Shown: positions 1 to 6,254 of the stretch, piece by piece
Numbering within the stretch: the stretch's first letter is position 1
Layout of the letters: each line of letters starts with the position of its first letter
Virus record (IMG/VR): IMGVR_UViG_2585427768_000002
Span: 1 to 10,708 of that record
Source: a virus
Taxonomy: Duplodnaviria; Heunggongvirae; Uroviricota; Caudoviricetes
Direction: 5' to 3' (one strand)
Length of the DNA: 10,708 nt
Made by a program: the position numbers and the translations under genes
Notes under the pieces: model-generated
Database searches by the model: none
What the model saw: only the letters and a program-made list of their open reading frames with translations
What the model was told of the DNA's origin: nothing

Positions 1-82
1 CTGGCAACATTAACAGGCGTTCCATTGCTGGAATTGCACGTTCCGCCACCTCACGCAGTGCCTGGTAATTAATTTCGCTCAC
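1..82 (-). CDS. hypothetical prophage protein, N-terminal fragment (gene continues beyond window start); paralog of the next gene
   Basis: Reverse complement of 1..82 reads GTG AGC GAA ATT AAT TAC CAG... = MSEINYQALREVAERAIPAMERLLMLP. SD AAGGAGG lies 6 nt upstream of the GTG at 82..80. The GTG overlaps the TGA stop of the upstream gene (GTGA). N-terminus resembles that of the 79..759 gene (MSKIDYQELREAAEQ). Confidence 0.5.
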   Translation of the reverse strand, partial: MSEINYQALREVAERAIPAMERLLMLP

Positions 83-759
83 TGATTGCCTCCTTTGCGA
101 AGCTGGGCAGCAAAGTCAACTAACCACTCAGTCATTTCAACCTTCCCTACCAGGTCTGAACCAGGGTGCATACAGCAATCACTCTGCGCCGCTTTGAAAT
201 CCTTACACTCATATTCTTGGGCCACCAGATTTTTTGCAGCTTCTATAGCAGCATCCACCCCCTGCGCCCGGACTTCAGCCAGGAAAGCATCAGTGGTTGG
301 CGTTTCAGGTATCTGTCTCCTCATCCGTTCTATTGCATGATTGAACCCGAAGTCTTCCGCGAGAGATACGTCATCCATATTGTCATTGTCATCCTCAATA
401 TCCCGTGATTTTGGAATTGCAGACTTTATTCCCGCATTCTCAGCAGCCAGCGCCGCGCACTTGGCCTCAAGAGCGGCAACCACTTCCTGATGGTCTTTGT
501 ACTTAACGTATGAGCCGGAGATGTCATCACCTTCGGTGTTTAGCCATGCGTCATTGCAATTCACTGCGTAGGTTCTGATGCTGATGCTCTCCCGCCCCTG
601 ACAGACGCCAGGCCAGTCAATAAAGTATCCGCAATGCCTACCCTCAGACGTGCGCGCAGGATAAATGCCGTTATGACCCGGCAAAATATATGCTACCCAT
701 TCATCTTGCGTTGCCTGTTCCGCCGCCTCGCGCAGTTCTTGATAGTCAATCTTGCTCAC
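79..759 (-). CDS. hypothetical prophage protein (about 226 aa), coiled-coil-like central region
   Basis: ORF track lists 79..792, but the ATG at 792 has no SD and overlaps the upstream gene. GTG at 759..757 is preceded by AAGGAGG (6 nt spacing) and overlaps the upstream TGA stop as GTGA, so I set the start there. C-terminus ends ...LRKGGNQ. Confidence 0.6.
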   Translation of the reverse strand: MSKIDYQELREAAEQATQDEWVAYILPGHNGIYPARTSEGRHCGYFIDWPGVCQGRESISIRTYAVNCNDAWLNTEGDDISGSYVKYKDHQEVVAALEAKCAALAAENAGIKSAIPKSRDIEDDNDNMDDVSLAEDFGFNHAIERMRRQIPETPTTDAFLAEVRAQGVDAAIEAAKNLVAQEYECKDFKAAQSDCCMHPGSDLVGKVEMTEWLVDFAAQLRKGGNQ

Positions 760-1106
760 TGGTTGCCTCCTTTGCGAATCTGTTCCGCCCATTCTTCTAG
801 GGATTTCTCCGCATATTCACCGGACAGGCCATCAATCGGGTGTGGTTCATTAGCCAACTCTTCTTTCGCTGACAGAATCATGCGTGTAACGTCGAAAACT
901 TCACGTAAAGACTTATTGATAAATCCGTGATTGAAAGCCGCAGCAAGACGGCTTGCGGTATAGTTAATACCCTCGTTGCGAGCCTCAGCACGTACTTCAT
1001 CGAATTTACGCACCAGATACTCAGCATTTGTTTCATTCACTTTCAGATCTCGTGGTACACATTTCCCGCGAAGAAACCCTTCCATTTCGAAAACATTCAT
1101 GCGCAT
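756..1106 (-). CDS. hypothetical prophage protein (116 aa)
   Basis: Complete ORF. SD GGAG (plus-strand CTCC at 1115-1118) sits 8 nt upstream of ATG 1106..1104. C-terminus ...IRKGGNQ matches the C-terminus of the downstream paralog. Its stop overlaps the next gene's GTG start. Confidence 0.6.
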   Translation of the reverse strand: MRMNVFEMEGFLRGKCVPRDLKVNETNAEYLVRKFDEVRAEARNEGINYTASRLAAAFNHGFINKSLREVFDVTRMILSAKEELANEPHPIDGLSGEYAEKSLEEWAEQIRKGGNQ

Positions 1107-1143
1107 TTGCGTAACTCCGATAACTCGTTAAAACGTTCCATAA

Positions 1144-1341
1144 ACATCCCGTAACCGGATCCGCGATCTGGACAACTATAACAAGGCGCTGTTTGACGCC
1201 CTGACCCACGCGGGTGTGTGGGAAGACGACAGTCAGGTGAAAAGAATGCTGGTGGAGTGGGGACCGGTTATCCCGGAGGGGAAGGTCGAGATCACTATCA
1301 GTAAGTACGAAAAAGCGAGTTGCAAATTAGCAACTCGGTAA
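1144..1341 (+). pseudogene. rusA: rusA (Holliday junction resolvase) 3' remnant, N-terminally truncated
   Basis: Frame from 1144 to TAA at 1339-1341 translates TSRNRIRDLDNYNKALFDALTHAGVWEDDSQVKRMLVEWGPVIPEGKVEITISKYEK... This matches the recalled RusA C-terminal catalytic region (RDLDN...DALT.AG.W.DD.QV). No start codon or N-terminal half is present; a stop lies at 1141-1143 and the minus-strand gene 756..1106 occupies the upstream space. Confidence 0.55.
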
Positions 1342-1386
1342 CGGAATTGAGCAACACCCTAAATTTGGGTATTACCTCGTTAAAGA

Positions 1387-1406
1387 TACTGTATTTATGA
1401 ACAGTG
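1387..1406. promoter_or_regulatory. LexA-box-like palindrome (candidate SOS operator) upstream of the KilA-N gene
   Basis: Sequence taCTGTatttatgaACAGtg at 1387-1406 has the CTGT-N8-ACAG architecture with an AT-rich spacer, like the E. coli SOS box consensus TACTGTATATATATACAGTA. A possible -35 TTGATA (1412-1417) and -10 TAAGTT (1435-1440) lie just downstream. Confidence 0.45.
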
Positions 1407-1503
1407 TATCCTTGATAACTATTAAAAATCGCAGTAAGTTCATCCTGCATCAACGAAAAGGGAGTGCAGTCCCGCTCGTGGATAAAAATTTGTGGAGAAA
1501 CCA

Positions 1504-2319
1504 ATGAATCAGTTGCTTGTAATTGATGGCGTTTCTGTGCGCCAGTACTTCGAATCTAACTACTGTCTTAACGACCTTCAGAAAGCTGCTCTTCTTGCCG
1601 CTGGTGAGAATCGCTCCTCCCGTTCGCTGGAAGTTCACGAGTTTATGCGTCGTCCTGAAACGAAGGCTCTTGTGGAATTATTGGAAGAAGAAACTACGGG
1701 AGATTCCCGTAGTATTCCTGTCATCACCATTCAGGGGCGCAATGGTGGGACGTATGTCTGTAAAGAGCTGGTCTATGCATATGCAATGTGGATCAGCCCG
1801 GCATTCAGCTTAAAAGTGATACGTACTTTTGATGCGCTTCATAATTCATCACCAGAAGAAACCACATCCGACAAAATTAAATCCGGGGTCATTCTGCTTG
1901 AATCAGCAGCAAAGACTCTAAATCTGTCAAACTCCTCGAAACTTGGTGCATACCAGAAATTATCAAAGGTAGCTGGTCTTCCTGAACTTATGCCGATCTA
2001 TGCCATTGATGCACCTGCTGATGCGCCAGATGGTTCAAGCCGCCCTACGCTGTCGCTGAGTGCACTGCTGAAGCAGTATGGTATCCGCCTGACGGCTAAT
2101 CAGGCATATCACCAGATGGCGAAGCTGGGGATCGTTGAACAACGCGAACGATACAGCCGTACCGCGATTAACAACATCAAAAAATTCTGGTCGCTGACCG
2201 CGAAAGGCTGCATGTTCGGCAAGAACATCACCAGTCCTGCAAATCCGCGCGAGACGCAGCCGCATTTCTTCGAATCCCGATTTCCTGAGCTGTTAAAGCT
2301 GCTCGATACCGTTCATTGA
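1504..2319 (+). CDS. KilA-N domain protein (phage antirepressor/Roi-like DNA-binding protein)
   Basis: ORF track 1492..2319 begins at a GTG. ATG at 1504 has SD GGAG 7 nt upstream, so I set the start there. N-terminal region GRNGGTYVCKELVYAYAMWISPAFSLKVIRTFD matches the KilA-N core motif (G-T-[WY]-V-x-x-x-L-x-x-x-[YF]-A-x-W-[IL]-S-P-x-F) as recalled. Confidence 0.7.
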   Translation: MNQLLVIDGVSVRQYFESNYCLNDLQKAALLAAGENRSSRSLEVHEFMRRPETKALVELLEEETTGDSRSIPVITIQGRNGGTYVCKELVYAYAMWISPAFSLKVIRTFDALHNSSPEETTSDKIKSGVILLESAAKTLNLSNSSKLGAYQKLSKVAGLPELMPIYAIDAPADAPDGSSRPTLSLSALLKQYGIRLTANQAYHQMAKLGIVEQRERYSRTAINNIKKFWSLTAKGCMFGKNITSPANPRETQPHFFESRFPELLKLLDTVH

Positions 2320-2326
2320 GGTGACT

Positions 2327-3316
2327 GTGAGAGCACTACTGACCCCTGAAATTGCCCCGCGTATGGGGATCGTATTGTTCAGGCCAGGTTCAGAGCTGAT
2401 GCCCCTGTTTATGCAGGGGCGTGTCCTGCTGGAGCCTGAGCCGGAGCGTTATTCATCTTTCGCCAGTGGTGCCGTTCCGGCGGCATCACAACCGCTGGCG
2501 GATGATCCTGCCGTTCGGGCCGTGTTCCGCCATGAGGCAGTGATCCGTCGTGCTGGTGGCGTGGAATGTCTTGAAAGCTGGTTACTTCGTGAAAAAGGCT
2601 GCCAGTGGCCTCATTCCGGATGGCACAGCGAGAACATGACCACAATGCGACACGCTCCGGGTGCAATCCGTCTGTGCTGGCACTGCGATAACCAGCTGCG
2701 CGATCAGTTCACGGAACGGCTGGAATCAATGGCAACGGATAACTGTGCCCGCTGGGTGTTGTCTGTTGTGCGTCGGGATCTCGGTTTTGATGACAGTCAC
2801 GTTGTGACAATGCCGGAACTGTGCTGGTGGCTGATTCGTAATGACCTGGCGGATGCCTTACCGGAAAGTGCAGCCCGTAAGGCACTGAGATTACCGAAGC
2901 CTGTTGTGCCGTCTGTCACCCGGGAAAGTGACCTTGTGCCTTCGGTTCCTGCCACCAGCATCATCCAGGATAAAGCGAAAAAGGTGCTGGCGCTGAAAGT
3001 GGATCCGGAGTCGCCGGAGTCTTTTATGTTACGCCCCAAACGTCGCCGCTGGGTTAATGAAAAGTACACGCGCTGGGTTAAGACGCAGCCGTGTGCATGT
3101 TGTGGAAAGCCTGCTGATGATCCCCACCATCTGATAGGCCACGGTCAGGGGGGAATGGGTACAAAAGCGCATGATCTCTTTGTGTTGCCTTTGTGCAGAA
3201 AGCATCACGACGAGCTGCATGCGGATACCGTGGCATTTGAAGAGAAGTATGGCTCCCAGCTGGAGTTGATATTTCGTTTTATCGATCGTGCGCTGGCAAT
3301 TGGTGTGCTGGCCTGA
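2327..3316 (+). CDS. DUF968-like prophage protein with C-terminal HNH-like His/Cys motif (YdfU-like)
   Basis: ORF track 2321..3316. GTG at 2327 is 5 nt after SD GAGG (2318-2321), so it is the likelier start; 2321 remains possible. C-terminus CACCGKPADDPHHLIGHGQGGMGTKAHDLFVLPLCRKHHDELH is HNH-like. A second Cys/His cluster (CQWPH...CWHCDN) lies mid-protein. Family assignment is from memory of E. coli prophage DUF968 proteins. Confidence 0.65.
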   Translation: MRALLTPEIAPRMGIVLFRPGSELMPLFMQGRVLLEPEPERYSSFASGAVPAASQPLADDPAVRAVFRHEAVIRRAGGVECLESWLLREKGCQWPHSGWHSENMTTMRHAPGAIRLCWHCDNQLRDQFTERLESMATDNCARWVLSVVRRDLGFDDSHVVTMPELCWWLIRNDLADALPESAARKALRLPKPVVPSVTRESDLVPSVPATSIIQDKAKKVLALKVDPESPESFMLRPKRRRWVNEKYTRWVKTQPCACCGKPADDPHHLIGHGQGGMGTKAHDLFVLPLCRKHHDELHADTVAFEEKYGSQLELIFRFIDRALAIGVLA

Positions 3317-3333
3317 TTTTGTGGAGAAAGTTG

Positions 3334-3690
3334 ATGCGTGATATGTATGAAGTAATGGATCGTTGGGGAGCTTGGGCTGCTTCAGACAATAGCGGAGTGG
3401 ACTGGCAGCCGATAGCGGCTGGTTTCAAGGGACTTTTACCTCATGGCAAAAAGTCACGGATTCAGTGTGATGATGACGAAGGCATCATGATAGACAGTTG
3501 TGTGGCTCGGTTGAGAAGGTATAAACCAGAGGAATATGAGCTCATCATCGCCCACTTTGTTATCGGTATCTCATTACGTACTATTGCGAAGAAGAGAAAA
3601 TGCTCTGATGGCACAATTAGGAAGGAACTGCAAACTGCAATGGGGTTTGTTGACGGCTGTTTAGCAATGTTAGCTTATAGTATGGCATAA
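3334..3690 (+). CDS. late-gene antiterminator Q, short QuuD/phage-82-like type
   Basis: ATG at 3334 has SD GGAG 7 nt upstream (track start 3319 is a TTG). Protein MRDMYEVMDRWGAWAASDNSGVDWQPIAAGFKGL... resembles the short (about 120-130 aa) Q antiterminators of DLP12-type prophages as recalled. Position after the nin-region genes and before the tRNA/late region fits. Confidence 0.75.
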   Translation: MRDMYEVMDRWGAWAASDNSGVDWQPIAAGFKGLLPHGKKSRIQCDDDEGIMIDSCVARLRRYKPEEYELIIAHFVIGISLRTIAKKRKCSDGTIRKELQTAMGFVDGCLAMLAYSMA

Positions 3691-4884
3691 AAAATAAAAT
3701 AGATTTACTGCCGATTTTTCAAAAAAGACTGGGAACTGTTTATATCCAACGTAAATAAGGCCTCCATAAAACATGGCTGATGCGAGATATTTAACAGTTC
3801 TCATCCTTTTTTTAGCTTTATCAATCAAACCTGTAATGCTACTCTTAATACTATCTGCATTATCTTTGATTTCTTTATTTTCTTCAAACTTTAAATACTT
3901 ATCGAAAGCGGACTCCACTCGAGAACGTAAGTTGTCGAATGTTTCATTGAATATCTCAATAGAAATGTAATTGACTTTTTTTATCATCCAAAGTCCTGCG
4001 ATAATCAATATTGCTTCGGTTGTTTCATTAGCCTTCACTAAGCCACCAGCAGCTATTAATGCACCGGGAATAGTCAATGCTTTTGTCTGATTAGATGATA
4101 TGAATTCGTTAATTTTACTCGTGAACTCAAGATTTTTCTCATCGAGTTCGTTAAGAATTTTATTTACAGAAAACCTCTTTGTGTAAATCTCATATAGTTC
4201 ATCATATTTTTTCCTGACGAGTTCAGTAGAGTTAAGCAAGTCAAAGAAATTGAACGTACCATTTGCTTTAAATACTTCGTTTATGGCTGAGCGTATAACG
4301 AGCTTGCGCTCGCTTTTGTGTAAATCATTGATTTTTATTGTGTCGAGAAGCTCCTTTATAATTTCATATTTAAGAGACGAGTTCGATAAGCGATTAATCT
4401 CGCTATATTGTAAAAAATGCGTGAGTTCGACTGTATAACTTTTGTCTTCATTGGTGAAAAATAAGACAGAGCAGTCACTGTTATGATGATCAGCAATTAA
4501 TGAAAGGATATCTTTCCACATAAAGAAAATATGGATTTTTTCGATGCTTTCATTCTTAGAAGTAGGGAGTATTAACGGCGTTCCGATGATATAATTTTTC
4601 GGAAGAGCGTTTTGGGTGTTTACTCTAGACCAAAAAGACTCAACATTCTCATAAATTATAGCGTCATCCCAAGATGAAGCTTGGCGATCTAGCCAAATTT
4701 CATTATTTTCGATGCAGGTTGTTGCCTTTTTATAACCTATAGATTGTAACAGTCTAATTATTTCAGAACTATTTACAATAACAATGCTTTCTTCAAGACT
4801 TATGACAGTGTAGTAGCCCTCAACTCTGCTTGAGGCTCCGTTAATAATCTGCGCTAATCTTGATAAGTCATCAGCAATTGTCAT
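3670..4884 (-). CDS. hypothetical membrane-associated protein (404 aa): soluble N-terminal domain plus C-terminal hydrophobic helices; candidate effector of a two-gene module
   Basis: Complete ORF. ATG at 4884..4882 lies 2 nt after the stop of the upstream gene (TAA-TA-ATG), indicating translational coupling. Hydrophobic segments at about aa 268-303 (ALTIPGALIAAGGLV...AILIIAGLWMI) and about aa 365-400 (YLASAMFYGGLIYVGY...). Very AT-rich, with AGA and ATA codons. No family recognised. Confidence 0.75.
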   Translation of the reverse strand: MTIADDLSRLAQIINGASSRVEGYYTVISLEESIVIVNSSEIIRLLQSIGYKKATTCIENNEIWLDRQASSWDDAIIYENVESFWSRVNTQNALPKNYIIGTPLILPTSKNESIEKIHIFFMWKDILSLIADHHNSDCSVLFFTNEDKSYTVELTHFLQYSEINRLSNSSLKYEIIKELLDTIKINDLHKSERKLVIRSAINEVFKANGTFNFFDLLNSTELVRKKYDELYEIYTKRFSVNKILNELDEKNLEFTSKINEFISSNQTKALTIPGALIAAGGLVKANETTEAILIIAGLWMIKKVNYISIEIFNETFDNLRSRVESAFDKYLKFEENKEIKDNADSIKSSITGLIDKAKKRMRTVKYLASAMFYGGLIYVGYKQFPVFFEKSAVNLFYFLCHTIS

Positions 4885-4886
4885 TA

Positions 4887-6062
4887 TTAGCTGTCTCTAT
4901 ATCTTTTGAGTTCATCATAATTTGCCTGACTCAATTTTATCACAATTTCGCATTTGTTGTCAGTGAGAATTACAGGCTTATTTGACTTTTCGTCTCCAAT
5001 AGCTCCACGCATTATTTTCAACTTAAAATTATTGTCGTTATCTGCCACTTCAATTGTAAGCGCGCTTTCAGCTGCTTTAGGAGTTGGTTCAAATTGAGGG
5101 TCAATCTGGAAACCATTAAGATTAACAAAATCGACAAACGTTCCCTTACATTTGTGTGAATCAGTCAGGCATGAGTCAATTATTTTTGAAATATCCTCTA
5201 TCTTAACGGACTTATTTCCGTGTTTATCTTTTGATTTTTTTTCCAGTAAGGATTTAACTTCATTGTCAATAGTATCACGCAGTACACGACCGAGTGAGTT
5301 TTTACTAGCAAAAATATCTATAGCACTGAATAATTGCTGAATGCTTCTTTTATTGTCCGAATCATGTCGGCAACCTAATGAGTCTTTGAAAAAATCGCTT
5401 TTAGATTTACCTTGCAAGAAATGTACATATGAGTCACCCTTGTTTTCTGGATAACTGGCTTCGAATAAAGTTAAATCGAACATCGCAGCCTGCCGTAAGG
5501 CATCGGTATTAATTGGATTTAATCTTGTTGGGGTCAACTTATCCGAATCAAAGTCATAGGCGCTTTGTTTATCAACCATTACGATTAGAAGTTTCCCCAA
5601 ATCCTCTGGTTCGGTAGACTTATAGTGGATGAAAACAACGCTCCCCCCCTGAAGTTGGGCAACTCTCGATTCGTTATTAGCATTATGTTTAAGCTTCTCT
5701 ATTATAGCTCTAGATAAATCAATGAATTCATTATTTTTATTAATGTATTTTTTTAGGATCGTAGGAATGGATGAAGGGTTGTGATCTGAGTCTAGGAAGT
5801 TATGAAATTTGTTTTTTCGGCTAAATTTTTTCTCAATTCTGGTTATGAATTCAGATGTGACTTCATTTTTTAGATCCCAAACTTCACCTAATCGATAATC
5901 AAATGCTCTTGAATCATTTTTTTCAAGATTTGCTGTTACAGCACCAATAGGAAAGTACGATTGTTTGCCCAGCACTACAACATGAGGCGTGGCACCGCAT
6001 TTATCGCAAGCTACAGTTGGGTCGTCAAGAACATTGCCACATTCTAAACAAGTTATATCCAT
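4887..6062 (-). CDS. zinc-ribbon protein with NdpA/YejK-like (NA37 family) nucleoid-associated domain (391 aa)
   Basis: Complete ORF. ATG at 6062..6060 with SD GGGA about 7 nt upstream. N-terminal C5-x2-C8-x10-C19-x2-C22 zinc ribbon. Residues 139-147 GGSVVFIHY, 212-220 YVHFLQGKS and SDFFKDSLG align with recalled YejK motifs ([31 protein letters not shown]). AT-rich. Confidence 0.8.
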   Translation of the reverse strand: MDITCLECGNVLDDPTVACDKCGATPHVVVLGKQSYFPIGAVTANLEKNDSRAFDYRLGEVWDLKNEVTSEFITRIEKKFSRKNKFHNFLDSDHNPSSIPTILKKYINKNNEFIDLSRAIIEKLKHNANNESRVAQLQGGSVVFIHYKSTEPEDLGKLLIVMVDKQSAYDFDSDKLTPTRLNPINTDALRQAAMFDLTLFEASYPENKGDSYVHFLQGKSKSDFFKDSLGCRHDSDNKRSIQQLFSAIDIFASKNSLGRVLRDTIDNEVKSLLEKKSKDKHGNKSVKIEDISKIIDSCLTDSHKCKGTFVDFVNLNGFQIDPQFEPTPKAAESALTIEVADNDNNFKLKIMRGAIGDEKSNKPVILTDNKCEIVIKLSQANYDELKRYRDS

Positions 6063-6087
6063 TATATATCCCGAATTATAAGAATGA

Positions 6088-6115
6088 ATTTTTATGTGGC
6101 TGAAAATTCTATCAA
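6088..6115 (-). promoter_or_regulatory. candidate sigma70 promoter for the minus-strand two-gene operon
   Basis: On the minus strand: TTGATA (plus coords 6115..6110), 16-nt spacer, AAAAAT (6093..6088). A TATAAT hexamer (6080..6075) lies directly before the SD. Hexamers identified by eye only. Confidence 0.25.
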
Positions 6116-6182
6116 AACACTAACGCGTACGCAAAAAGTATTGTATTGTGTTAAGAGTGGTTACTTCGCCACACAACTTAAC

Positions 6183-6204
6183 CCCGCCACTGAGCGGGTT
6201 TTTT
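6183..6204 (+). terminator. intrinsic terminator-like hairpin (plus strand)
   Basis: Stem CCCGC (6183-6187) / GCGGG (6194-6198), 6-nt loop, followed by TTTTTT (6199-6204). No plus-strand gene lies immediately upstream. Confidence 0.5.
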
Positions 6205-6254
6205 GTACCTGTAAACTTGGTGCAGTACAGTAAACACGCTGGTGGTCGTGAATA

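Noticed and set aside
86-1154. Plus-strand ORFs 86..340, 166..408, 634..930 and 927..1154
   Set aside because: Antisense to the tandem minus-strand gene array, which has clear SD and start coupling. No SD of their own, and the peptides look like translated antisense.
1298-1638. Minus-strand ORFs 1298..1504 and 1450..1638
   Set aside because: They overlap the rusA remnant, the regulatory intergenic region and the start of the KilA-N gene in antisense; no supporting signals.
2409-3220. Minus-strand ORFs inside the DUF968-like gene (2409..2666, 2797..3069, 3029..3220) and 2035..2265 inside the KilA-N gene
   Set aside because: Antisense shadow ORFs within convincing plus-strand genes; no independent start signals.
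3773-5340. Plus-strand ORFs 3773..3970, 4250..4438 and 5152..5340 inside the AT-rich operon
   Set aside because: Short antisense ORFs within the long minus-strand genes. AT-rich DNA has few stop codons on some antisense frames, and there are no SDs.
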